From Rotaria socialis (Eukaryota), in NCBI GenBank assembly GCA_905331295.1, contig CAJNYD010000033.1, positions 124,001-188,000 on the forward strand: a stretch of 64,000 nucleotides of DNA, read 5' to 3'. Positions 31,385 through 45,114 of this stretch are shown in pieces (position 1 is the stretch's first letter; each line of letters begins with the position of its first letter). The notes under the pieces were generated by a model. That model was not told the DNA's origin, did no database searches, and saw only the letters and a list, made by a program, of their open reading frames with translations. A program made the position numbers and the translations under genes.

Positions 31385-32930
31385 GAGAGCTTCCACGAGC
31401 CGACCGAGGATCGCTTCAGTGTATCGAACACTCGATAAAACAATTTTTTTTTTATGCTCACTCTAAAGATCAAGGTTTAAAACTACTAACTTGAAAATTT
31501 TAGCTTCTAATACCTTTCCTTCGAAAAGTTAGTCAGAGACGGCTTTTACCACTCTCACCATTTTTCAATATAAAAAATTTCTCCATCAAACAACCCCGTC
31601 TCATGCCTCAACAAGTATAGGTGGCGATAAATTTTTTTAGTCTATTTTTCAAGGTATATTTGATCTAATCTTTCCAAATAAGGAGACCCCCAAGCTGAAT
31701 CTCGAATATTTCGTGTAACTTTTAATTCTATACAAAATTGCAAAGAACTTTTGAAAAAGAATATGCTCGATCCGAAAAGTAGCTAAAATTTTCAATACGG
31801 CAGTGAAAATGATGAAAATAAACGACATGTGATCAATATTAGATATCATCGATTCACAAAAATTTTAATGTAGAAAAAATAAGATTAGTATACTAAACCG
31901 TGTTGAAAATTTCGAAAAATATTTTTTGTCATACAATCGAATGATTATAGTTTCAGATGAAAGAGCTTGAAAAACTGATTACAACTGTGTATGGAACGGT
32001 ATGCGTTAGCTGCAATTTTACTATGGATGAGCCACTAGTAAAACTCCTATCTAAAGGCATATTAGTTGGAAATGTGAGGCTTAATAAATACTCTGCCTTC
32101 AAAAATATCCCCTTTGAAGTTTAGCTTTTAATACTTGATTTTGATCAGTTTTTCGAACTCTGTCATCTGAAACTATAATCATTCGATTGTATGACAAAAA
32201 ATATTTTTCGAAATTTTCAACAGATCCCTGTACTACTCCAGGGGGTCTGATAAGGTTGAAAATTTTGTTTCGTGTTTAAGAACGAGATAACTATGGTAAA
32301 CGGTTTAGTATACTAATCTTATTTTTTCTACATTAAAATTTTTGCGAATCGATGATATCTAATATTGGTCACATGTCGTTTATTTTCATGATTTTCACTA
32401 CCGTATCGAAAATGTTAGCTACTTTTCGGATCGAACATATCATTCTTTTTCAAAAAGTTCTATGCAATTTTGTGTAGAATTAAAAGTTACATGAAATATC
32501 CGAAATTCAGCTTGGGGGTCTCCTTATTTGGAAAGATTAGATCAAATATACCTTGAAAAATAGACTAAAAAAATTTATCACATCCTATACTTGTTGATGC
32601 TTGCAACCTCAATAAAAGAATATCATCCAATACCTAAAATATCCAGTATTATTCACCTATCTATGGGCTATCTTTCAGAAATATTCGTCTAAAGATTTGA
32701 ACAATCTTCTGATGCATGAGACGGGGTTGTTTGGTGGAGAATTTTTTTATATTGAAAAATTGTGAGGGTGGTAAAAGTCGTCTCTGACTAACTTTTCGAA
32801 GGAAAGGTATTAGACGCTAAAATTTTCAAGTTAGTAGTTTTAAACCTTGATCTTTAGAATGAGCATAAAAAAAACCAAAAATTTATTTTATTGAGTGCTC
32901 CGATTCCTCGGTGCTGTCATGGATGCTCTC
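31385..32930. mobile_element. Non-autonomous foldback DNA transposon with TTAA TSD and purine-starting termini (Kolobok-like)
   Basis: TTAA|GAGAGC...GCTCTC|TTAA; inverted arms ~31385-31980 and ~32140-32930; the right arm carries two extra segments; no transposase ORF. Confidence 0.8.
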
Positions 32931-35321
32931 TTAATAATCCTGACTTTGATTGAACTATACGAAGATAAGAAAACGAATTGATTTTGTCGATATCTCTTAT
33001 TGTTCTTTAGCACGATACAATTAATAATTATCAAAGCATAATAATCAAACTTAATTAGTTGAATGAAAAATCTATTTATAATTTGATGTTTATTGATTCA
33101 GAAGAAATGTTTAAAAATAGCATATCGTAGATTAATCGATAGTTCAATATATCAATCTGTAGGGAAACGAAAAAGAGCTCTCGGAATTAATTATGATTAA
33201 CAAAGTTTCTTTTGCTAAAGAATTTCAATGTAAAATTATCTAGCTATGATGAATATTTCTTATAAGCGATTGTAGATATTTGTCATTATTTATGAAGAAA
33301 GAGGTCAAGGACTCTCGAAATTTCTCGTTTTGATGTCATCGGTCGAAAAGAATTTCTAGGATGCAGGGGATATTTTTGTATTTTTTACAAATACATCAAT
33401 AAATCATTAAGAAGTATCATGTTTCTATTTTAGTCATAATGTATCACAAAGGTGAATGAAAACAAAACATCGAGATAATGACAATTTAATAGATTACATT
33501 AGTCAGTTACAATAATAAATAGATCTTGTACGAATTTATGGGCAAAAATATTTTTCATAGTGACATAAAATTTGTTTTAATGATGTTGATGCTAATGAAA
33601 ATTAGATTTAAATTACTAGCTATTATCAATAAATCGTCAAGTCAATCATTAATATAGGGATTTATAATTTTGATGTTGTTATTTTCTATTGCTTCTAGTA
33701 TTGAAAATTCCATTGTGTTTAATATGACTCTTCCTTCACTTCAACCCTGTCCAGATGACTTCAAACATCTATTTGTATTTATTGACAAGTAAAACATTTT
33801 TATATTCTTTTATTGATGTGATTAGAGACGGTGAGATCAGTTTTAGCGAGTTTCAATTTACTCTAAACTTAAGTATCGTCGGTTAGATACGATTTAAATG
33901 TTTATTGCCCTCGTTTTCTTAGATTCAAAGCAGGCAAGAAGATTTTCCCGCGAAGTAGTTCATACAACTTGATATTCTGGTTGGGAGAAATAATGGATTT
34001 TTGTTGTTGTTATAAATGCCAGAATCTATAGTAACGCCAGTAAAAATGCCGTCGAAAACTCGCATTTGAATAGTAGAAATTAATTAGTTACAAATATTAG
34101 CATGCTGTTTTAAGTGTATATCTATTGACAGCAGCGTTTTTTTCTGAACTCCATCGATTTTTATACACTATGAAATTTCAAATGACAATAAAAGACACAT
34201 AATTAGACATATCGTATAGCTATCACATTTGCTTTTTGTATATCATCATGATCACTGTTAAAAACTTTCGAAATAATCTGTTTTTCTTAATTATTCCTAC
34301 AAGTCTGAATTCAACATTGAAACCATATATTCGTCTGTATAATAATTTCTTTCGATCACATATTTGTAATTTGAACTAACAGTTGAAAGATAAATAGAGA
34401 AATATTTTCGCATCACAAAATAAATAATAACCAACAGATAGACTACATAAGTTCGACATGAGAAAAAGGCGGTTGAAGATTGAAATAGGTAGTCTAGTAC
34501 TTTCTTTTTAAATAAGACTTGAACTTTTCAATGATTTTCATAATTTTATTTCATATCTACTGTACGTTTCGCGTTTACGATTTTTATTTTCAATCACTTT
34601 CATTTTCTCTTAGATAGTGATCGTCATCATTGTTATTTTGATTGACAGATTTCAAGTTCATTCAAAATCTTAATTTTCCCACCGTCTCCGATTAATTATT
34701 ATTGTTAGTTGGATGGCTGGCTTCCTTACATATTCGTTGTTTTTTTTTTATCATCTTATGAAAATAAGTTACATTTCATAATAGTGCTTTTCTGAGATAG
34801 TTCTTTTAATTGCTCTAATTACATTATTTCATTTGCAAACGAGATAGTAAACGCCTTTAAAGAAAAATCAAGAATAAGTTGATAACAAAATCATACTTCA
34901 AATGATTGCTGAAATATTTCGATTTTTTTTCTTGTCTTTCATAGAATTCAATTAAAAGTCGATGACAAAGCATAGAGATTAACATTAAAATTACCTACCA
35001 ACAGTATACTAATAACATCTCGTTTAACTTCTTAGTGCATTTGCTAGAGGGTTATATTAATAGATAGTGAAGAGATGCGCCTTTAAAAATCGACACAATA
35101 AAGCAATCTTCCTATGAATAGAAAGTGCAGCTAGCTACATCGTGTTCCACATTTTGATCCCACTGGGATTACACTAACAACTCTTTATTATTGATGGAGC
35201 GTTAACATTTCGCATGATGATTATTGTTAAAATAGTTGAATTTCTATAAATATTATACTCCATATTAATTATTTATATTAATCAGTAGCATAAGATATTA
35301 TTATTTAATCAAATTTTATTC

Positions 35322-36878
35322 TCATTGGCAAATAAGACGTTCGTCAACATTAAAATAGAACTGTGTTAAGCACCATGGAATTGATTGGCCAGTTATTGAA
35401 CGAGCTTGATCACTAGATAAAAATAAGATAAGATCAGCTAATGTTTTTATGTGATCATATTGCTCGAATAGAGATGTTTTTATATTTCCTATACAAAAAA
35501 ATATAATGAATAAAAATAGAAAAATTTGAACTCTAATTATTTCAAGCCTAGACAAATGATATTAGAAGTTATTCTGAATGGAGCACCTTCAATAGAAATA
35601 GTTTTATTCAATCCAAGTAATCTATAATGTGAAGTTATGCAAACTGATTTATATTCACCAACAATCGTACTATGTTCATTTGCCTAAAATTTGCCAATTA
35701 ATTAATATATCGTTTTCCTCCCAACAATTAGACTTCTTTACAGAGACGAGATCCTTGGTATTTTTTTTAATTTCCGAAGATAAATGATTTTTACCTAGTA
35801 ACATTTAATTTTGAAAAGCTTTTTTTTTGCATTGGAAGTATGCACTTACTCTTGATACACCCAAAAAATTTTGAATGTTTTCGAGCAAAATTATTTTTCA
35901 TATCCTCAAGCTTTTTAATAATGTATTTTTTTTATCAAATTTGAATAGATAAATTATATATAGAATAGCTTTCCTTCGGATAGACTAAACTTGCATTTTT
36001 TTCCCGAGAACTTTACTGCTTTCTTGATTGAAAATTGTTAGCGTTGTTATATACATATGTACTTGCACGTCTTCTTTCCCCTAATAAAAGTATCTAGAAC
36101 ACCTACTCTTTTCATTTAAAAATATGATTGTTCGCTGACTTCTTTCAGGTTTTACACAAATAACTTTAATTAAAATAAACACAAACAAAAAGTATGCATC
36201 TCTCAAATTTCACCACACATGTTTTTATTCAAATGAAAGGCAGTAAAGAGAAACAAATAAAAGTAGTAGGCGACTTATACATTCTCTGGTATGTCTAAAG
36301 ATAATTTAGCTCGAGCAAATATATTCAATCTGTAAAAGCGTGGCGAATCTATTAACATGACATTCACCAGAAAGCGTTAAACTTTGCTGAGAAACTGTTT
36401 TCCACAAATTTCAGAGGGAGAGAGATTATGTTAGCTAATTTAACTCAATATATGTACGTACAATATTAATAGTTCTACCAGAATGCTGTCGTTTCATATG
36501 GGGCCATAGAGTTTTAACTAAAGAAAAAGTTATTATAAGATTATAATCAAAAGCTTCTCTCCAGTTTTCTGTTGGAAATTCATCAATCGAAGCTGTGTAA
36601 TGTCGTTTACATTCATGATGTATAATTACAATGTCAATATGCCGAAACTGTTTTGATATTTGTTCAACTAAATTATGTATATCGATTTCATTTTTTATAC
36701 TATCTGGCACATACATTGTTCTACATTGTTTATGTTCCTTTTGAATAGTTTCAATAATATTATCATCATTTTGATTTTCATTTAGAGCAATATTATAACC
36801 TTGTTCAGCAAATTTACGAACAATATTCAAACTAAAACCATTTAAACTGCTTATAATCAGTGCAGTAATTCGTTTCAT
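35322..36878 (-). CDS. Degenerate short-chain dehydrogenase resembling 3-hydroxybutyrate dehydrogenase (pseudoenzyme or pseudogene)
   Basis: ASIDEFPTENW...LWPHMKRQHSGRTINI | ANEHSTIVGEYKSVCITSHYRLLGLNKTISIEGAPFRITSNIICLG | ...LADLILFLSSDQARSITGQSI. The TGxxxGxG and YxxxK motifs are both eroded. Confidence 0.65.
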
Positions 36879-36971
36879 GAAAATAAGACACCAACAAAAA
36901 GATAATATTCTAAATTTATTTATACTAGATAGATAACGAGAAAAAAACACCTTGATTATAAATATAAAATT

Positions 36972-37642
36972 TTAACACATAAACAGTTGACGTAGATAGC
37001 CACATTTAACAAAATCATGAAATTCTAAGGAAAAAACAAAAGAAAATTTTATATTCGTATTTTCTTTCTTAAATACCTTTGAATGTAATATATTTAGTAC
37101 GATGACCCAGAATTTGACGAAAATTTTCCTGTAATAAATGCTGTTTATCTGTATTAGAACCTTGAAGTAATAAGAAAATTGCCTCAAATTCTTCTTGTTC
37201 AATTTTTCCATTTGAATTTTGATCGAATAAATTATCAAAAGTTGCACGTAAAACGAAACTACTGACTTCTGAAACTTCATTTGCAAAAATAGGTGTTATG
37301 AAATCCGTAAATTGTTCAAATTTAATATTGATTAATTCTAAAAATTAGTTTATTTAATTTAAAGCAATAGATTATATATATAGCTTACTTTTTGAACGCA
37401 CATATTTCTGTGCTTCATTGAATTGTTGTTCATTTATTCTTAATCGATAGCTTTGACGTGGATTTACTTGAAACCAAGAAAATTCAACTAATTTGAAATA
37501 AACTATTCGACGATTTAGTTGAAATGAAAATCTATTTCAAACCTTCAACAATTCGATTTCCTATTGTTTTAACATATTTTGAATATTTATCAACCAATTC
37601 AGTTTTGATTGTTTTAGATTCAACGTCAATTTCAAAATTCAT
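36972..37642 (-). CDS. EF-hand calcium-binding protein (4 exons; true start may be further upstream)
   Basis: Manual splicing gives an open frame MNFEIDVESK...VEFSWFQVNPRQSYRL...LRATFDNLFDQNSNGKIEQEEFEAIF...YITFKEFHDFVKCGYLRQLFMC*, with a canonical EF loop DQNSNGKIEQEE. Missed by the ORF track. Confidence 0.75.
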
Positions 37643-39775
37643 TGTTCTAACTGAAGCATCGAGATCAAGACTAGATTTTTCTAAAAAAAGACACGTACGC
37701 TAAATGTTTTCTTCTCTCCCTTTGTTCGGTTAGACTACAGCGTCATAATTGAGACTGGTATTTAAATACGTCATACGAATGTAAAGAAAATAAAGAACAA
37801 TAGTACGAACGGTTCAGTCAAAATATTGATCTAGTATAACTGTGATAGGTGTATTATACGAAACAAAAGCTATATATTTTTATAGTAATTCAATATGTTG
37901 AACAGCTTGACATGATTCCATATAAAATTTAGGATTAATTAGAGCGTAGGAATAGAAGAGTCTAATACGGGTAACTATTATTATTGATCAACAATGTTGT
38001 GTTTTCTTTGGCTTTTCTACTGATTACAATGTGTGTTTCGAGAAAAAGACTGCGGCAGATTTCGTTATTGATTAGACTATTTCTTTCTTTCTAACTGAAG
38101 GTTTCTTCAGTAAAGTTCTAGTATTGCTCAACAAAAGTAGGTTAATGAAACCGGAAACAATCTATGCCGACGAAACAAACTAGTTAAAAGAATTCTAATG
38201 ACACAGGAAGATCGCATAAAGAAAATATGATTGAAAGTTATAACAGATGAAAGGTTAGATTCGCCAGATTTATTTATTAGTTACTTGTTAAGTTTTGATA
38301 CAATCTAGCAATAGAGAAAATCCTTTTTCTTCATTTCATCATCATATGTCAAAAAATGAAATGATTTTATATTGAGTAAAAAACAACAACTTCGAATGAA
38401 TCTTTCATTTTCTTCTCGTTTACCATGTTTCCGGTAACAATCATTCAACTATAAAAACAACAAGTGCATCAGCTGCATTGAAACAGCAATTTTTAATATT
38501 TAAACGTTCGAAAAAACGTAATTTCGATCATTATTTATTGTGACATTCATATCACTAAATAAAATTTACAACTTTTTTCTTTTTTTTATTGTTGTTTACC
38601 ATAAAATGTCTCAACAGTTATAACCGCTTGATTAAATGATATATAATTCACTTTGAAGCGACATTGTTGAAAATAATTAATTTCTTTATTATTACGATTA
38701 TATTTAGTGACAAAAACAAAATATTCGGCTGAGTATGAATTCACGATGAATTCAGACCATTGTAATCTATACAAAACGTAAATTTAGAAGAGATTTGAAA
38801 ACTATTGAGAGTAAGACAATCACCAAGAAAGTAGATTCCACAGTTATAATAGAGATTTTCATACTAGCAAGAATTTTACACAAGAAGATATAACTGTTAT
38901 TAAATATCTACTGAACTTGAAATTTGGGCATTTCAAAAGTAATTTATGAAAACCGAACCAGCGATGACGAGCTCTGTATTAAATCGAGTGCACTTTTGAA
39001 ACTGCACTTATTGCTTCATAGGTATGGTGGTAAAAACAACAAAAATGACTCTAAGACTTGACAGTGAACATGAAAATTATGTATGAAATTGATGGTTGGT
39101 AAGGCAATGAAACTTTCTAAATTCTAATATTGTTGTCTATGACTAAAGCATGACTTTTAACAAAAAATCTGTTATATGTATTACGAAAAATAAAATAATG
39201 ATTAGTCTAAACAAATATTTGAGTAGAAGAAATCGTCTAATACTTTTGACATTTGCAGAAGATATGCACATGTCCAGGGAGACATATTGAACGATGAAAG
39301 AAATTACAAGTAGAGCATTTGGATTGTTCTCTTTCGGGAAATCAATCATTTAATTTTTGCACGAACTGAAGCTACGACAGAAAAATTTTACGAAACAATT
39401 TTCCAAATAAAGTTTCAGAGCGATAACAATCTGTGAGTTTGTCTTTATCGATTTTGGTTCCAATCATGACAAGTCATAATCAAACAAGAAATAATTTTTA
39501 ACTTATCCTACATATTTCATATCTTCGTTTTTGTAATTGAGTACAAATTTATAAAATTTTCTTTTCTAAAGTATATTAACCACACCTATTTACAAACAAC
39601 AGCAGACCGTATTGTTCATCTGTTTGTTTTCCAGGAAAATGTTGTATTGAGTAAAAAAACAATGCAATCATTATATATTGTAATAGAAAATGTTTGATCA
39701 ATAAAAACAAAAGTTTCACACGGCAAACTTAAAATCATGCAATAACAACAAAACAGACAAAGAAAACTAGAATAT

Positions 39776-40956
39776 TCAATCATCATCATCATCATTTGCG
39801 CTTTTCATACTTTGACGAATCGACGATCGAAGAAAATCATCAGCGGCATCATTGACTCCATAAGTTTTCATATCATCAGGTTTTTGTAGTTTGCCTTTTG
39901 TTTCAATTGCACCAGACTCATATAATTTGTATTCTAAATGTTCAAAACGACAATTCATACCGCCAAATGCGAATGGGCCAATAAGTGAATTTTTCAGTTC
40001 ACCATTACAATAGATGAATATTGTTGGTAGATTTTTATCTGGATAGTTTGGTATACAAACAGTTGAAATACTTTTAACAAATTTTGTTTCAGGATATTTC
40101 AAAGCAAGTGAACGAAGATGATCAGCAATTAATGAGCATATTGGAAGTCTAGAAATAAAATAAAAATATAACATTTTTCGGTTCACAAATCAAAACGTGA
40201 TATTCACCCTGATTTATAAAGATAAAGTACAACCCATATATCAGTGCCAGCTTGATTGACTTCCTTAACGTAATCAATAGCTGAAATTTCAATAACTTCT
40301 CCGAAACGAGATCGAGATGCTTTTTCTTGTAATTCTAACAAACGTTTTCGTCTAAAAAAAAAGTAAATCTAAACACAAACAGAAAGTTAGACACAATAAT
40401 ATCTACCTATATTCCTGTAAAACACGCTCATCTTCTTCATCTTCAAGTTCATCTAATTCATCTAATGTTTTCTTATCCAATTGTTCAGCTATAATAAAGA
40501 GTAGAATTAAGAGCAAACCAAAGTATTTTTTTCACCTCGATCGATTTCAAATCGTTCCTCTTCAGTTTTGATTTCTTCTTTTTCTCCGATTATATTAAAA
40601 CGACGTAATTGATCATTCCATTGTGTATCAGCGTTTGGATCCTGTTTAAAAGAAATTGTTTTTTTGCTTTATTTATCGATACGCGTTCTTTTTTTTCTGA
40701 ATTATACAAAATTTCCTCGTTGGGAATAATATAGTATATGAATATACATGTATCGAGAGGCTTTTTCATGATTGTAACATAGTATTTTTCTTAGAGCGTT
40801 CGTTTATATCAATACAGGCAGTCATCTTTATTCAGTAATTATCTAACGTAATGAATTGCGTATTTTGGGGGGAAATAAATATATTTATCATTATGACGCG
40901 AGAAATATATGGAGGATGTGAGATTATACAAAATATAAAATGATACATACTTGCAT
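39776..40956 (-). CDS. PDCL3: Phosducin-like protein 3 / viral IAP-associated factor
   Basis: MQ|DPNADTQWNDQLRR, LDKKTLDELDELEDEEDERVL, RFGEVIEISAIDYVKEVNQAG, KYPETKFVKSISTVCIPNYPDKNLPTIFIY. Confidence 0.92.
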
Positions 40957-41342
40957 ATTTGATTTGAAATAGTGATTTTAACGATAGAATTTGTTGAACG
41001 ATGAGAATAAAAAATATATTGGTATCTATATATGTATATGTGTGTGTATATGTGAGAATGCTTCTACGAGTGTGCGAGTGACCATATTAGGTAAAGTTTC
41101 CGATGCCCAATGAAAAATTAGCTGAAATTTGTTTTTATATGCATCTCGTTTTGAATGAAAGTGTGTTTCTTTTTGATCGAAGCAGTTGAATATTACCACT
41201 CAAAATCTTTATTCTTGAGATTAGAAACATCATGTTTCATTATAGATGTCGTCTCAAAATAAAATCCCATTGGATTCATTCACTTGGGAAGTGCGACCCA
41301 TGCTATTCGATAGATTTAATTGATCTTTCAACAGCAATAATA

Positions 41343-44300
41343 ATGGTCGCTTTCGTAAAAAGAGTCGACCTTGACATACCGGATAATCGAATAACCGAAG
41401 CACTAACCAAAGTTGGCCTCGATGTTATCAATGTTATTCGATTAACCCGAAAAGTTGGAAATGCACCAACAAGCACCATTAAAATCACATTTAAAGATGC
41501 AAACAATCGCAACACATTTATCCACACTGGATTACAAGTGTATTCGATGCACTTTAATGCTGAAGCTGCTTCACAAAATAAAAAGCCAATACAATCATGT
41601 AGCCAAGTACTGCAAAACAAAACAGCAGATATGCGCTAAATGCTGTGATAACCATCGTATTGAGCAATGTACTGCTGCAAATGATGCAATTAAATGCAAC
41701 AACTGTAAAGGTAAACATTTGGCAACTGCTAATAATTCTCATAACTTTTTAGAACAAGAAAAGCGAATGTTGAATTTAATTAATCAATATTCGTCTACAA
41801 GCAGCCCAACAGTCACAACACCGTTACTACATGATAACAATGAATTTCCTTCATTACCAAACATGTATCAACGTCAACAAGGTTTTTTACATAATGATAT
41901 CCTCGATGAACTTATCAATCTACTTACCAGCAAGATGGAAAAAATCATAGCAGAAACAACCAAACGATTATTTAAATCACTTCAACAGAAGATTAAAAAA
42001 ATCGGACAAACTATTTCATCAGTTGAAACCTTAATCAACGACGATACAACATCACCATCATCATCATTCTCGGATAGTGATGAAGATGTTCAAATAGTTA
42101 GTGCAAAGAACAAAAAAACAACCTACAACAACAACCACAAAACCAAACAAACAAATTACCAAACCAACCACTACATCTGCTGCAACAACAGCGAAACCAA
42201 CAACGACCACAAATACAACTAAAACACCAACACAATCATCTATCACAAGTAATGATAGTATTAAAAAACCAACACCTAAAGCAAAGCCAACAGCAAAAAC
42301 ATCCAAAAGAAATCGATCACTCGACAGTTCACTAGACTCGACGATAATGGACACCAAAGATCGAAAAGCAGACACGATCAATGATTAGTATCTGTCACAT
42401 TAACATCAACTCAATTACAAAAAACAAAGTTGAACTCCTAGCCAGATTCTCCAAATACGGCGTCATCTCTGTAAATGAAACTAATCTAAGGAGTGAACAC
42501 CCGTTCTCTCTCTTGGGTTCCAACATTTTCAGAAATGACCGAGTAGGAAAACCTGGTGGTGGAGTATTATTAGCAGTCAAAGAACACATTAAATGTCGAG
42601 AAATTATCAACAAAACAACACACAAGAACGAAATAGTAGCAGTTCAAATTGAAACGTTATTATATAAATCGATATTGATATCTTCAATCTATGTTGCACC
42701 AACAGCTAAGATCGATATGAATATCTTCGAAGAACTATACAACATCAACAACAACTGCATTATTGTAGGTGATCTCAATGCAATATTATCTGAAATGGGA
42801 TCAATAAAGACAAATGCAAGAGGAAAACAGTTGCAAGAACTACTTAATGAAGGTCTTATCAAAAGTGTCGACGATGATAGTACAGCATTTGAAAAAAATG
42901 AATATGAAGCCAAATTAGATTGGATATTAGGAAGTCAACAACTCCTATTATTCATAGCAAATGTTGAAACACACCCAACCATCGGTACAATAAATGGACA
43001 TAAACCATTAACATTCGATATCCAAATTGGAGCTGAACCAAAACCAACTTCTTCAAGATTATCACTTAATTTTAAAGAAGCCAAATGAACAAAGTTCAGA
43101 TCCAAATTAGATCAACAACTAATACTATGGAATAACGATCTTAGTCCAAATTCACCTTTAGACATAGAAGATTATTCAATGTTTATTACCAATAGTATTA
43201 TGTTAGCAACTAAAGAAGCCGTTCCAACACTTACACCAACGAGCAAAAGTTATGCATTAAGTGAAGCATCCAAGAACTTGATCACATTGAAATATCAAGC
43301 ATATCGAAGATGGAAGAGGACCGGAGACAATACAGACAAACGTCAGTATTACAACTCCAAACTCTTACTAACCAACTCACTTAGAAATGACAGAAGAGAC
43401 AACCTTAACAAGTTAATGTCGTCTTTATGTCATAAAAAATGTATTCTGACAAAGTTTGACTTACAGTTCGCAAGTTCCATAGCAAAAGAACTAAGCAAAC
43501 TTTTACATGCAACATGACATACAACAACACGACAACAACATCAGATAAAGAAAAAGCAGACTTATTTGCGGATTACTTCCAAAATGATGTCTACTCTTAC
43601 ACTGATGATACACTGCCATTTCATGATCAAATAACAAGCCAAGCAAGTAATATCAAGAAGAAAAACATAACCTCTTCAAACACACCCAAGTGGAAGCAAA
43701 TTACAATAGAAGAAGTAAAATATCATATTAAACGACTTCGTAATAGCCCCGCTGGTCCAGACAACATTCATAATAGGCGTTTAAAAAACTCTTCAGAATT
43801 ACTTATTGAGCATTTAACTAAGCTGTTCAATCAAATTCTGAAGTAAGGTTATATTCCAACGAAGTGGAAAACGGCTAACATTATACTTATAATGAAACCG
43901 AAGAAAGACAAGTATCATCCGTCTAGTTATCGGCCGATTAGTCTCCTTAGTTGCTTAGGCAAACTATTGGAGAAAATAATCAAACAATGACTAATGCTTG
44001 AACTCGAACCAAGAGACATCTTACCAGAACAGCAAGCCGACTTTAGACCAGGAAAAAGCACAATTTACAACATCCTGCGATTAGAACGATACGCTCAGAA
44101 TCAACTTCGATGTGCTCGAAGACACTCAGCGGTTATTCTATTCGATATAAAAGTTGCATTCGATTCAGTATGGCATAACGGTCTGATATACAAATTAAAT
44201 GATCTTCGACTTCCTACGTACATCATCAACTACTTAACATCATTTCTTGAAAATCGAACCGCATCAATCGAAATCGAAAATGTCCTATCCAAACAATTCA

Positions 44301-45114
44301 ACTTAAAGAGCGGTACTCCACAAGGATCTCCATTATCACCACTATTATATATTATATATACTGCAGATTCGATGAATGAATTACCGACTCATACAGAACA
44401 TTGATTATTCGCTGACGATACAGCACTGGACGTCATCGAACACCATGACATATCTATCATCCAGATTATAACAATCCGTAGATGCATTCGAAAGTTGGTG
44501 CAAGTCATGGAAATTTAAATTGCAATCAACTAAAACAGAAATGATCCACTTCACGATTCATCCAAGGAAGAAGTATAAACATCCAGTGGAAGTTAAAGTT
44601 AATAATACAATTATTAAACCACTGGATCATACAAGATACTTGGGTGTCATTATAGACAAACAATTAAATTGGCTACGACATCTCGATCATATAGAAACGA
44701 AGATTGCTCCTCGGATCGGTCTACTTCGTTATCTATCGAGAACAGTACACGAACCCAACAGCAGGACGATGATCAACATCTTCAAATCAATAGCACGATC
44801 AATCATTATATATGGTTACCCAGTACTATTAACTGCTGATCATAATGTATGGAACTGAATACAGATCATGCAAAATAAAGCACTTCGGGCTGCACCGGGT
44901 CTACCAATTTACACATCAGTCGACTACATTCACAAAATTAGTAATGTTCCAAAAATCAAGGATTATGCAACAACATTACTAAAACAGTCCATCCAAACAG
45001 CAACAGCAAATAAAGATATTACATCGAGAAAACATCTTCAAGATATACTCGAAAAAATTTCATGAAAGAAAACATCTTCAAGATATACTCGAAAAAATTT
45101 CATGAAAGAAAACA
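41343..45114 (+). mobile_element. Decayed non-LTR retrotransposon (LINE, jockey/I-like): ORF1 with CCHC knuckles, ORF2 APE endonuclease + RT
   Basis: ORF1 has C..C...H....C knuckles (CAKCCDNHRIEQC, CNNCKGKH). ORF2 starts 42381 (HININSI, SVNET, GGGVLLAV, IIVGDLNA, YRPISLLSCLGKLLEK, GTPQGSPLSPLLY, LFADD, RYLGVIID). In-frame stops near 43086, 43844, 43988, 44402, 44856, plus frameshifts. Confidence 0.95.
45027..45114 (+). repeat. 40-bp tandem duplication (~2.2 copies) spanning the LINE ORF2 stop codon
   Basis: AGAAAACATCTTCAAGATATACTCGAAAAAATTTCATGAA occurs twice in exact tandem, followed by AGAAAACA. Confidence 0.9.
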
